Source of the DNA: Methanobacteriota archaeon | GTDB lineage: Archaea; Thermoplasmatota; Poseidoniia; Poseidoniales; Thalassarchaeaceae | Direction of reading: 5' to 3' | DNA: 64,000 bases | Assembly: GCA_004195615.1 (NCBI GenBank) | Contig: PSPW01000001.1 | Coordinates: 210,881-274,880, forward strand | The notes under the pieces: generated by a model | What the model was told of the DNA's origin: nothing | What the model saw: only the letters and a program-made list of their open reading frames with translations | The model's database searches: none | In this document: piece by piece, positions 10,610 through 19,906 of the stretch | Numbering within the stretch: position 1 is the stretch's first letter | Layout: every line of letters begins with the position of its first letter | Translations under genes and position numbers: made by a program

Positions 10610-11584
10610 ATGGACGTAATCGTTCTAGCAGGGGGGTTCGGGACTAGGCTCAGGCCATGGACCGAAAGCATTCCAAAACCGCTTCTCCCGATTTTGGATA
10701 AATCAATGATAGAGCACGTGGTAGAGGTTCTCCCGGAATCCCAGGTCGACAGGGTCCTAATTGCTGCTGGGTATGGTATCGAGAAGATACGAACTCACTT
10801 CGCTAACATCCCACTTCCCTATGAAGTGGAAATTATCGAAGAGACTGAGCCTCTTGGCACAGGCGGTGCTATTGCGAACTGCAGGGATCATCTCTCTGGT
10901 GGCACTTTCTGCGTAATTAATGGAGATCTAATCACTAGCCTGAGAGTCGAGGAGATGCTAGATTTCCACCGAAGCAACGGAGGGATTGGAACCATTTCGC
11001 TCTGGGAAGTAGAAGACCCATCACGTTTCGGTGTCGCTGACTACAGGCCAGAAACTGGCAAGATTATGAGATTTCAAGAGAAGCCTCCGATCGAGGAGGC
11101 TTTCTCCAACCTCATTAATGCTGGAACTTACATTTTAGAGCCGGAGATCTTCGAGTTAATGCCAATTGGTGCTCACAGCATCGAGAGGGACATCTACGAG
11201 GATCTAGCTGAAACGGGTGGTCTGAACGGATTCCCCTACGATGGTTGGTTCGTAGATGCGGGCACCCCTCGTTCCTTCGTTGAGGCAACTAAGGTTTGCA
11301 TCTCCGAAGGTAGGTTCTCCAGTGGTACGGCGAGGGGGAGCTCGTGGTTCGGGGAAGGCTCGAAGAACTTAGGTTCAGTAACTGGAAGTTCGGTGGGCTC
11401 TTTGGCCACCGTAGGAGATGAGTCCTCTATCTCTGACTCGGTTATCCTCGATGGCGCGGAAGTAGGTGCGGGAAGCAAACTGGATGGGTGCCTTATTGGC
11501 ATGGGAGCAAGGATACCAGAGGGCACAGTAATGACTGGCGAGATTGTCGGTCACGATCCCACTAGGATGATTGCTAATGACTGA
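10610..11584 (+). CDS. NDP-sugar pyrophosphorylase / sugar-1-phosphate nucleotidyltransferase (GCD1-like)
   Basis: LAGGFGTRLRP, PKPLLP, EPLGTGG, EKP and C-terminal hexapeptide beta-helix; start set at MDVIV. Confidence 0.9.
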   Translation: MDVIVLAGGFGTRLRPWTESIPKPLLPILDKSMIEHVVEVLPESQVDRVLIAAGYGIEKIRTHFANIPLPYEVEIIEETEPLGTGGAIANCRDHLSGGTFCVINGDLITSLRVEEMLDFHRSNGGIGTISLWEVEDPSRFGVADYRPETGKIMRFQEKPPIEEAFSNLINAGTYILEPEIFELMPIGAHSIERDIYEDLAETGGLNGFPYDGWFVDAGTPRSFVEATKVCISEGRFSSGTARGSSWFGEGSKNLGSVTGSSVGSLATVGDESSISDSVILDGAEVGAGSKLDGCLIGMGARIPEGTVMTGEIVGHDPTRMIAND

Positions 11585-14363
11585 AGAATTCGGCGGTATC
11601 AGGTTCTCTGGAACTCTGAGGCCATCCCAAGTCGCTTCATCAAGCGTCATCAAACAGGACCTCTCAGAAGGTTCCAAGGAGCTGCTAATCGTCGCTCCTC
11701 CTGGATCTGGTAAGACTATCCTAGGACTATACGTTTGGTCCGACCTAGTCAGGATGCCAACACTAGTACTAAGCCCGAACTCGGCCATTCAGGCACAATG
11801 GATCGAGAGGGCCAAGGATCTCTTCCACCTAGATGGAAGGGAATCTGAGATTGGGACCGATCCCAAGAATCCGGGAATTCTGACATCACTAACCTACCAG
11901 TCGATTACGCTTCCCAAGAGAGGCGGGGATAACCTAGACGAGTCCGCGCTGGAGATGTGGATTTCCAAACTGATGATGCCCTCTGGTGACGGAATCGTAG
12001 AGGCAGAGGATAGAGAGAGTGCCATGGCATGGATCAATGATCTGGAAGAGAAGAACCCGAAACATTACGCAGATAGAATGGGGAACTATCGGAAGAAGGT
12101 CAGAGACTCACTAGCCGATCACGGTAATGCGTTATGGGTCCTCCATGAATCGGCCAGAGAAAACCTGATGAAGCTCGCTGATGTAGGAATCGGACTGATT
12201 ATTCTCGACGAGTGCCATCACCTAATGGATCACTGGGGCAAGGTTCTGATCGAGGCCAGGGAGTTCCTCGGAAATCCGATTATCCTCGGCCTTACTGCAA
12301 CCCCTCCCGAAGAAGGAAATGCCCCATCAATAGGGAGATATCTCGAACTCTTCGGAGATGTGGACTACGAAGTCCCCGTACCCGCCCTGGTTAGGGACGG
12401 CAACCTGTCGCCATACCAGGATCTGGCTTACTTCGTCCGTCCATCCTCTGATGAGTTGAGCTACATTGCGAATGTGGATCAAGACTTCGAATCATTGGTC
12501 AAATCCCTCAGAAAGGGACCTGATGATGTTAGTGGCAGGGTCCCTCGTCTTGAGATCTGGCTGGCGAGGGTTCTGGACGAGCTGTCACTGCCGGGCCGTA
12601 AGGCCAAGGACTGGAATTCATTCAGGCGAAGCGACCCGTCTCTGGCGGATGCGGCTAGGGGATACCTGACATCTGGGGGTCTGAGCCTACCAGATGGGGT
12701 CCCAATTCCATCTCCAGAGTTGGTCGCTGCGGGGAACAGCATGGACACGCTAATCACGCTACTCGATCGATACATCAGGAACGGCCTGATGAGGTCGGAG
12801 AGCAAAGAGGACCATGCTCTTGCTGAGGATGCGAAGAAGAAGCTCAGGATGCTCGGAATCCAGATCACCAAAGGAGGAGCTAGAGCCTGTGCCTCACCGG
12901 TTGGGAGAGTAATGGCATATGGTTCCGCGAAGTACGATGCGCTCCGAGACATCCTGCAATCGGAGATGCAGGCGCTGGGACCCGAAATCAGGGCAGTGAT
13001 AGTCACCGACTTCGAGAAGACGTCGGCCACGGCACTTGTCGAAGGGGTCCTGGACAAAGAGGCGGGCGGCGCGGTCGCAGCATACAGGGCGGTCCTCGGG
13101 AGCGAGGCCACTGACAGACTGGATCCCGTGCTAATGACGGGGACGACGGTGCTAGTCGACGACGACCTGTTGGAGAGGATCTTCCCTAGATTCGAGCAAT
13201 GGGTGGAATCAAGGGGCCTGGATATCAAATTCGACTATGTCGAGAATGAGGGTTACTTCGAGATCAGGGGCAAGGGCAAGGACTGGTTGCCTCGCTACTA
13301 CACGATGATGATCACGGAGATGTTCCAGGAAGGAGTGACGAAATGCCTCGTGGGAACAAGGGGGCTACTGGGGGAGGGATGGGATGCCAGCAGGATCAAC
13401 GTTCTCGTTGACCTGACCACAGTCACGACCAGCATGAGCATCAACCAACTCAGAGGGAGGTCTTTCAGGCTGGACAAGCATTGGCCGGAGAAGGTCGCAA
13501 ACAACTGGGACATCGTATGCCTGGCTGACGAATTCAAGAAGGGTTTCGACGACTACCTGCGATTCAAGAGGAAGCACAAGCAGCTCTACGGGGTCTGCGA
13601 TGATGGTGCGATAGAGAAGGGGGTCGGCCACGTCCACGCCGCCTTCACCGAGGCTCGTCCGGAGGGAGTCTCCGAGGCGATGGACGTTTTCAACGAGGAG
13701 ATGCTGATGAGATCCAGGAATCGAGGGCGTACCCGAGACCTATGGGGCATCGGCGAGGCCTTCAGCGCGGTTCCCAGGGAAGCAATAGAGATCAAAGGAA
13801 GTGGGCTTGGAGGAGGTTTTCCCCCGACAAATAGGATCGGGATGGCCCAATGGTCCGATGAGTCGCTTGTCCTAGCAATTGCGGACGCGGTCGCCTCCTC
13901 GCTGCAGGCCCTAGGACACATCGGGTTCGACGTCAAGGTTGGAGGTGGCAGCAGAGGCGGAGGCTGGATGAGGACCTACCTGGAGGAGGCATCGAAAGAA
14001 GAGTCGGCCATCTTCGCAGAGGCCATGGAGGAGGTCCTCGGACCTCTGGAAAATCCGAGGTACGTCATTCAGAGGGAGGTCAAGGTGGTGAGCGAGACGT
14101 GGCTAAGCGACTTGCTCCCAGAGGTTGTTGGCAAGTACTTCAGGAGGAGGAAGAACGTCCTTTCGATGTTCCATGCAGTCCCCAAGAATCTCTGTCGCAA
14201 CCTGGAGGATGCGAAGGTCTTCGAGCGGCAGTGGAACTGGAAGGTGAGTCCCGGCGAGGTTCAGTACGGACACAGCAGGAGCGGAAAGGAGATGGTTAGC
14301 GAGATCAAGCGAGCGGGGCTTTCTCCCATATCCTCGACCCACAAGAAGAGCGTTTTCCTCTGA
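11577..14363 (+). CDS. Superfamily 2 DExH helicase (ResIII-type N-terminal domain), ~928 aa
   Basis: APPGSGKT, ILDECHH, GLTATP, LLGEGWD, QLRGRSFR. Confidence 0.9.
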   Translation: MTEEFGGIRFSGTLRPSQVASSSVIKQDLSEGSKELLIVAPPGSGKTILGLYVWSDLVRMPTLVLSPNSAIQAQWIERAKDLFHLDGRESEIGTDPKNPGILTSLTYQSITLPKRGGDNLDESALEMWISKLMMPSGDGIVEAEDRESAMAWINDLEEKNPKHYADRMGNYRKKVRDSLADHGNALWVLHESARENLMKLADVGIGLIILDECHHLMDHWGKVLIEAREFLGNPIILGLTATPPEEGNAPSIGRYLELFGDVDYEVPVPALVRDGNLSPYQDLAYFVRPSSDELSYIANVDQDFESLVKSLRKGPDDVSGRVPRLEIWLARVLDELSLPGRKAKDWNSFRRSDPSLADAARGYLTSGGLSLPDGVPIPSPELVAAGNSMDTLITLLDRYIRNGLMRSESKEDHALAEDAKKKLRMLGIQITKGGARACASPVGRVMAYGSAKYDALRDILQSEMQALGPEIRAVIVTDFEKTSATALVEGVLDKEAGGAVAAYRAVLGSEATDRLDPVLMTGTTVLVDDDLLERIFPRFEQWVESRGLDIKFDYVENEGYFEIRGKGKDWLPRYYTMMITEMFQEGVTKCLVGTRGLLGEGWDASRINVLVDLTTVTTSMSINQLRGRSFRLDKHWPEKVANNWDIVCLADEFKKGFDDYLRFKRKHKQLYGVCDDGAIEKGVGHVHAAFTEARPEGVSEAMDVFNEEMLMRSRNRGRTRDLWGIGEAFSAVPREAIEIKGSGLGGGFPPTNRIGMAQWSDESLVLAIADAVASSLQALGHIGFDVKVGGGSRGGGWMRTYLEEASKEESAIFAEAMEEVLGPLENPRYVIQREVKVVSETWLSDLLPEVVGKYFRRRKNVLSMFHAVPKNLCRNLEDAKVFERQWNWKVSPGEVQYGHSRSGKEMVSEIKRAGLSPISSTHKKSVFL

Positions 14364-15041
14364 TCACTTCGAGCAATCGTTGCACTCGATGTTTGCTCCA
14401 GCGTGCTCGCTGCAGAACCTCCTGCGGCAAGTGAAGCACCGGAAGTCGAAGGCGGATACTGGATTAGAGCACTGTGGGTCCCCACATGAATCCCCAGAAG
14501 AGTCTGTTTTCTGGGTTGATTTTTCTGTTCCTTCTTCGTAACCCTCCTCCCACCAGTCATCACCGATCTCCTTCGAGTAGTCCGAAGTGCCTCTCGGAGA
14601 ACTGTCCTCCTCTTCTGAATCAGTAGCTTTCCCCCCAAAACCAAGAATATCGATGACATAGGGGCTGGAGAAGAAATTCTTCGCATCGGAGTCTATTCGT
14701 TCAGACTCCTTTATCTTCTCGAACCTAGATATCCCTTCCTCAATTGACGTGATAGGGGGTTCGTCCATGGAACCCTGGAATCCCATGTAGGCGATCAATG
14801 AGTTATATCCATCGATTCGACTAGGGGAGATTCCGAAAATTTTTGATATCTTCATGGTTTCACTACTACGAGCCTTGGCATAGGAAGCAGATCCTGTGGT
14901 GTCACCGGAACTAGAAACCATGAACCAGAAGAATATGAAAAGGGCAATTACTGAGAGAGCCTGCACTTCCGGCCCCCCCTCGCCACTGAGTCCCCATAGT
15001 ATGGCTCCGCAGCACCAAAATGCAGCGTCGAGTTCTGACAT
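14364..15041 (-). CDS. Membrane protein with acidic linker and C-terminal AN1/B-box-like zinc finger
   Basis: N-terminal hydrophobic segments; C-terminus CGDPQC...FRCFTCRRRFCSEH...CNDC; start set at MSELD. Confidence 0.7.
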   Translation of the reverse strand: MSELDAAFWCCGAILWGLSGEGGPEVQALSVIALFIFFWFMVSSSGDTTGSASYAKARSSETMKISKIFGISPSRIDGYNSLIAYMGFQGSMDEPPITSIEEGISRFEKIKESERIDSDAKNFFSSPYVIDILGFGGKATDSEEEDSSPRGTSDYSKEIGDDWWEEGYEEGTEKSTQKTDSSGDSCGDPQCSNPVSAFDFRCFTCRRRFCSEHAGANIECNDCSK

Positions 15042-15059
15042 GCTAACCACTAGTAGATT

Positions 15060-15178
15060 GGCCTCGGCGCTGTCCCGGCGCCGAGGCCGGTGAAGTAAGG
15101 TAATCGACAGGCGTAGCCTAAGAGTCATTGCCCCTGGGGGCTCCTTCACTGGGACATGTCTCCAGTATGGCAGGGAGG
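15060..15178. ncRNA. Candidate structured RNA (multi-stem, possible pseudoknot or switch)
   Basis: Perfect 11-bp stem 15060-70/15078-88; stems 15089-95/15144-50, 15099-104/15127-32 and 15109-12/15116-19; loop TGTCCC complementary to GGGACA at 15151-56. Confidence 0.5.
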
Positions 15179-15186
15179 AAATAAAC

Positions 15187-16500
15187 TCAGCGCCGGATTG
15201 CTGCCCTGATGGAGGGTTCTTTGGCCCCTGAGACTTCTCCCATCAATGGCCTGATTGGCAACCCAACTCGCTTGCAGAGCTCTAAGTGTGGTGCCGACCA
15301 AGGGTGGGAGCAGCGTTTGCTGGCCTCGTACCCGAGTACCGTGATTGGCTCGAGTTCGCTCTGCCAATCCCCGTTCTGAATCCTGCCGGAGATTCTGACC
15401 CATGAATGGTCGAACCTCCTAGTCTCGTGTTCGAACTTCCTCAATCCTGCCTTCCTCAACCTACTCAGCAGGAAGTCCCTGGGGATGGCTCGGGGGACTA
15501 TGGCTAGGACCTCGTTGCCATCGAACATGTAGGCGACAGGCCCCAGATCCATAGAGTCGAACACCTCTTGCGCCTTATCGACCGCCTCTCTGGGCTCGCC
15601 CCATCTCTCCGGGAGCCATGCAATCACAGCAGATCTGTCTCTGGTTCCCTTGACATGGCTGCTGACCTCCAGGCTGAGGTACTCTTCCCCTTCTTCCTCC
15701 CTCGTCTCGAGAACGACCCTTGGACGCATCCTAAGCCTGAAACTGGGGAGTTTTATCGGTGGCCTCTTGGGGATTCTTACAGCCGAATAATGCCTGGGGA
15801 TTTCACCTATCCAATCCTTCACTGGATTCTCTATCAGACCGTCTTCCAAGATGGTGCAAGACAATCCGGTGGAGCCGTGTAGTGTTCCGGGTAGCCTGAT
15901 TATTCTGCGAGTGTCGGGAGTCACGACTGGATCCACCGGATGGCCAGCCTCGAGTGCCTGATCCAGTAGCGTCCTCCTCTGCTCCCTTACCATCTCCTCC
16001 CTCCTGACCGGATCTGGCTCGGAGAAGGGAGACCTGTCGGAATCTCGCGCGATTAGGTGGAATCCCTTGCCCCCCGAGAATGAGATATGCTGAAGTTCGA
16101 GGTCAGTAGCCTCAGAAATCCAATCTCTCAGCCTCATCGCAGCTACTCTTGCCTCCTCAAGCCTTCTGATGCAGAATGGCCGCATGTCTATGTCGAATAC
16201 GACCATGTGATCCAGGAGAATCGGAGGTGGTTTTTTGCCATCCTTGAGTCGAGGCAGGTTGACAGGATCGAGCCATGATGAGGTCGAAACGAAGACGTCT
16301 CTGGGCATTGAACCCTTGAAGTCCTTCACGAGCGACTGACCGGACGAAATCCTCCTCCTAGATGTGACCCAAGGTCCCTTTATCGTCCTCCATCGGAACT
16401 GGTGCCTGGTTGGCTTATCCAACCACGAAAGATCGATCCCCGATCCATCTGAGTAGTGCTCAGAAAGGCTACTCTGCGTCCATTCTGGAGACTCTGCCAT
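15187..16500 (-). CDS. Divergent archaeo-eukaryotic primase (PriS-like) with extra ~170-aa C-terminal domain
   Basis: AEP motif I VFDID, motif II SFSGGKGFH, motif III VDPVVTPDTRRIIRLPGTLHGSTG. Confidence 0.85.
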   Translation of the reverse strand: MAESPEWTQSSLSEHYSDGSGIDLSWLDKPTRHQFRWRTIKGPWVTSRRRISSGQSLVKDFKGSMPRDVFVSTSSWLDPVNLPRLKDGKKPPPILLDHMVVFDIDMRPFCIRRLEEARVAAMRLRDWISEATDLELQHISFSGGKGFHLIARDSDRSPFSEPDPVRREEMVREQRRTLLDQALEAGHPVDPVVTPDTRRIIRLPGTLHGSTGLSCTILEDGLIENPVKDWIGEIPRHYSAVRIPKRPPIKLPSFRLRMRPRVVLETREEEGEEYLSLEVSSHVKGTRDRSAVIAWLPERWGEPREAVDKAQEVFDSMDLGPVAYMFDGNEVLAIVPRAIPRDFLLSRLRKAGLRKFEHETRRFDHSWVRISGRIQNGDWQSELEPITVLGYEASKRCSHPWSAPHLELCKRVGLPIRPLMGEVSGAKEPSIRAAIRR

Positions 16501-16573
16501 AGACCAAAGAACTGGTCCTAGGTATTGGACTAATCCCCAACACGGTCAAAGAGGCCGGACGACTCGCGATACT

Positions 16574-17236
16574 GTGAGCGATCCCCTTGTAGTTGTGAAC
16601 TTCAAGACATATCAGACTGCTCATGGTGCTTCGGCTGAGGATCTGGCGCGGGCTATGGTCAGCATAGAAACGGATGCCAGGATGATTGCCGCTGTCTCGG
16701 CGTTTGACTTGTCAGCAGTAGTGACCGCGGCTCCCAGTCTGGAGGTTTGGTGCCAGCACCTAGACCCAGTGGGATTCGGCTCAAACACAGGATGGTTACA
16801 TCCGGCGACCGCAATAGAGAGGGGTGCTTCGGGCACCCTAATCAACCATGCAGAGCACAAGGTCAGTCTGGAGCACGTGGCGATGCTGCTCGAGCAGGTT
16901 CCCGACGGCTTCGATGTCTGCGCCTGTGCCGCAGATATCGAGGAGGCGAGGGCTCTCGCTGCTTTGGAGCCGGGATTCGTAGCCGTCGAGCCGCCCGAAT
17001 TGATTGGCGGTGACGTCTCAGTGACGAGCGCTGATCCGGAGATCGTCAGTGGGACTGCGCAGGCAGTCAGGGACGTGTCAGAAGTGGTTGGCATTCTTTG
17101 CGGTGCCGGTGTGAAGAGTGGCTCGGACGTGTCCAAGGCAATTGATCTAGGCACCTCAGGGGTACTTCTGGCTAGTGGGGTGACCAAATCCGATGACCCG
17201 ACTTCGTCTCTGAAGGATCTGGTCAGCCTACTCTGA
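16574..17236 (+). CDS. tpiA: Triosephosphate isomerase, archaeal type
   Basis: VNFKTY, LINHAEH, AVEPPELIG, GVLLASGV. Confidence 0.97.
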   Translation: MSDPLVVVNFKTYQTAHGASAEDLARAMVSIETDARMIAAVSAFDLSAVVTAAPSLEVWCQHLDPVGFGSNTGWLHPATAIERGASGTLINHAEHKVSLEHVAMLLEQVPDGFDVCACAADIEEARALAALEPGFVAVEPPELIGGDVSVTSADPEIVSGTAQAVRDVSEVVGILCGAGVKSGSDVSKAIDLGTSGVLLASGVTKSDDPTSSLKDLVSLL

Positions 17237-17306
17237 GGGGAGTAGTTTCTGAATAAATTTTGACCAGAGGGCTTTTGTCACTGACGGGCATGGAGGCCTG
17301 ATTATA

Positions 17307-18125
17307 ATGGGCGACAAGGGAGATATGAACATCGAAAGGATTGGCAAGAAGAAGTACAGTGCGGAGCTATTCAGGCTCCAACTTGAGCTAATCAAACTAC
17401 AGGAATGGGTGAAGGCAAAGGGCCTCAAGGTCGTCGTGGTCTTTGAGGGTAGGGATGCAGCTGGGAAAGGCGGCGTAATCAAGAGGATTGCACAGTACCT
17501 CAACCCAAGAGTTGTGAGGGTGGCTGCTCTGCCAGCCCCAACGGAGCGTCAGAAGACCGAGTGGTACTTCCAGAGGTACGTCAACCACCTTCCTGCTGCT
17601 GGAGAGATAGTGATGTTCGACAGGAGCTGGTACAACAGGGCAGGAGTGGAGAGAGTCATGGGTTTCTGCGATGAAGACGGTTATGACGAATTCATGAGAT
17701 CCTGTCCGATGTTCGAGAGGATGCTGATGAGATCAGGGACGATTCTGATCAAGTACTGGTTCTCGGTATCCGATGACGAGCAGTTGAAGCGTTTCAAGGC
17801 GAGGTTGACCGAACCTCACAAGAGGTGGAAGCTCAGTCCGATGGATCTGGAGTCACTCACTCGATGGGAGGACTACTCCGAGGCGAAGGACGTTATGTTC
17901 GCTCACACGGACACCAAACAGGCGCCATGGTTCGTAGTTAACTCGGACATCAAGAGGCATGCACACCTGAATTGCATCAACCACCTACTCTCCGTAATCG
18001 AGTACGAGGACCTTACGCCTGAGCCCATTGAGCTCCCAGATAGGAAGAATGCAAGGGGATATGTCCGGCCGCCGATGACAGAGCAGACCTTCGTTCCGGA
18101 CCATCACGATACGCTAATGGATTGA
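17307..18125 (+). CDS. ppk2: Polyphosphate kinase 2
   Basis: FEGRDAAGKGG, WYFQRY, FDRSWYNR, WKLSPMD. Confidence 0.97.
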   Translation: MGDKGDMNIERIGKKKYSAELFRLQLELIKLQEWVKAKGLKVVVVFEGRDAAGKGGVIKRIAQYLNPRVVRVAALPAPTERQKTEWYFQRYVNHLPAAGEIVMFDRSWYNRAGVERVMGFCDEDGYDEFMRSCPMFERMLMRSGTILIKYWFSVSDDEQLKRFKARLTEPHKRWKLSPMDLESLTRWEDYSEAKDVMFAHTDTKQAPWFVVNSDIKRHAHLNCINHLLSVIEYEDLTPEPIELPDRKNARGYVRPPMTEQTFVPDHHDTLMD

Positions 18126-18162
18126 GTCCTCAGAGATAAATTCGATATGCAGAGCTGGGACG

Positions 18163-19443
18163 ATGCAAAGAAAAATTAGTTCTCTTTTATTGTGTATTTT
18201 TCTCGTCACTTCGGGTTGCGTAGAGAAATCTCCTCCTGACTTGGACGGAGATGGGATTCAAGATTCCGAGGATTTTGACGTCGATGGTGATGGTTGGGAA
18301 AATTCTGTGGAGTTGGACTGCACTTCCGACCCCAATAATGGTGATGATATTCCAACGGACACTGATGAGGACGGGGTGTGCGACATTTTGGATGGGGATG
18401 ACGACGGGGATTCCTGGAGCGATGATGACGAGGGGACCTGTGGCACGGACCCAATAGACAGAGAGTCTTTTCCCGAAGATTTGGATGAGGACATGATCTG
18501 CGACAAGTGGGATGACGATGCCGACGGAGACGGTCTGCCTAACGAATGGGAGTTGGAGAGGGGTTTCAATCCGATGGACCCAGCGGATTTCATGAGTTGT
18601 CATGGGATCTCAGTGTTCTGCCTCAGGACCTATGATGACTTCACCTTCGCAGAGACCCACAATGCATACTCGACGGTGGAAGACCAGATTCTTGTTGGGG
18701 TGAATCACTACACTGGACTACAACGTCAGTGGAATGACGGAATCAGGGCATTCATGGTCGACTCACATCACAGGAACTACGAAAATACGTCTGCTGAGGA
18801 CGTCAGGTTTTGCCATAGTACCGGCCAGTTCTTCCATCCATGCAATTACGGTGAAGTGAATGCCTTCCAGTGGCTAAATCTCCTGAATTCACTGATGAAC
18901 AACTCCAGTGGCGACGTGGTAACACTTCTGATAGAAAACTACGTTCCAGCCTCTCACCTGCAGTTCCTATTCAACGAGACTGGAATGGCTGATCGTATTT
19001 ACACACATATTCTGGGTGAGGAATGGCCAAGCTTGGGGGACATGGTGCTTGATGGAAAGGACCTGGTTGTCTTCTGGGAACAATCGCAGAACGATGACTA
19101 CCCATGGCTGCACGACTTTGGGATGTTCGGTTGGACCACCAACTATGCTGAGGGTAGCAAGGAAGAGATGTCTTGCACGGTGCATCGTGGAGATGGATCA
19201 CAACCAGTTTGGCACCTGAATAACTGGCTGTCTAGCATTTATGGCCTCCCTGACCCTTTGTTGGCAAATGAGGTGAACGAATATGAGACTCTACTCAACA
19301 GATCCCTAGAGTGCTGGGAAGAGATGGACAACAGACCAACCTTCGTAGCCGTGGACTACTGGGAAGAAGGTGAGGTAACTAACGTGACAATCACTCTCAA
19401 CAAGATGTCGCACTGGTCGGAAGAGGTCCCAGCACATCCCTGA
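18163..19443 (+). CDS. Lipoprotein with Ca-binding DxDxDG repeats and a PI-PLC-X-like phosphodiesterase domain
   Basis: Lipobox VTSGC; three Asp-rich repeats; ETHNAY, QWNDGIRAFMVD, RFCH, VVTLLIENY, PTFVAVDYW. Confidence 0.8.
   Translation: MQRKISSLLLCIFLVTSGCVEKSPPDLDGDGIQDSEDFDVDGDGWENSVELDCTSDPNNGDDIPTDTDEDGVCDILDGDDDGDSWSDDDEGTCGTDPIDRESFPEDLDEDMICDKWDDDADGDGLPNEWELERGFNPMDPADFMSCHGISVFCLRTYDDFTFAETHNAYSTVEDQILVGVNHYTGLQRQWNDGIRAFMVDSHHRNYENTSAEDVRFCHSTGQFFHPCNYGEVNAFQWLNLLNSLMNNSSGDVVTLLIENYVPASHLQFLFNETGMADRIYTHILGEEWPSLGDMVLDGKDLVVFWEQSQNDDYPWLHDFGMFGWTTNYAEGSKEEMSCTVHRGDGSQPVWHLNNWLSSIYGLPDPLLANEVNEYETLLNRSLECWEEMDNRPTFVAVDYWEEGEVTNVTITLNKMSHWSEEVPAHP
18238..18575 (+). repeat. Three ~39-aa thrombospondin type 3-like coding repeats
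   Basis: DLDGDGIQDSEDFDVDGDGW..E..CTSDP / DTDEDGVCDILDGDDDGDSW..E..CGTDP / DLDEDMICDKWDDDADGDGL..E..GFNP. Confidence 0.8.
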
Positions 19444-19905
19444 CTACTGAATCTCCTTGGGTCGAATGACTTCCTGAACGGTCCATTTACCTCTCGATTC
19501 AACCAATAGAACTGCAGTCGCGGTTGACATCGTATGCCACTCTCCAGAAAGATGGTTGACCAGAATCTCCGAGCCAGGATTGTGGCCGAGAATCATTGTC
19601 GTTCCTTCTTGGACCATATCCTCTAACTCTAGCAACAAGTCATTCACGGTGGCATGATAAATCCCCGATTTGATTTGGGATGGTACTTGACCAAACCTGT
19701 AAGACATCCCCGAAAGAGTCTGAATTGTTCTTTTCGAACTGCTGACCAGTATCAGATCGGGAGACCAACCTCTGTCATGGATGGCATCGGCTATTCGGGG
19801 GGCGTCTCTAATCCCCCTCTTGTTCAAAGGGCGATCGTGGTCATCGAGGCCAGACTCTTCCCAGCTACTCTTGGCATGACGCATTACAATGAGTCTTCGA
19901 GGCAC
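19444..19905 (-). CDS. SixA-like histidine phosphatase
   Basis: MRHAKS, DRPLNKRG, LGHNP. Confidence 0.9.
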   Translation of the reverse strand: MPRRLIVMRHAKSSWEESGLDDHDRPLNKRGIRDAPRIADAIHDRGWSPDLILVSSSKRTIQTLSGMSYRFGQVPSQIKSGIYHATVNDLLLELEDMVQEGTTMILGHNPGSEILVNHLSGEWHTMSTATAVLLVESRGKWTVQEVIRPKEIQ

Positions 19906-19906
19906 T

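Noticed and set aside
12479..13228. Long antisense ORFs (249 aa here; also 16621-17187, 20794-21369, 23164-23808, 9417-9953 and others)
   Set aside because: Ser/Pro-rich shadow frames opposite well-supported genes, with no recognisable motifs.
15060..15156. HDV-like ribozyme, hammerhead, fluoride riboswitch or H/ACA guide identity for the structured spacer
   Set aside because: It has HDV-like GTCCC/GGGAC pairing but no P3/L3 or catalytic C-R-A junction, no CUGANGA/GAAA core, no crcB P1, and no clean K-turn despite an ACA after the stem.
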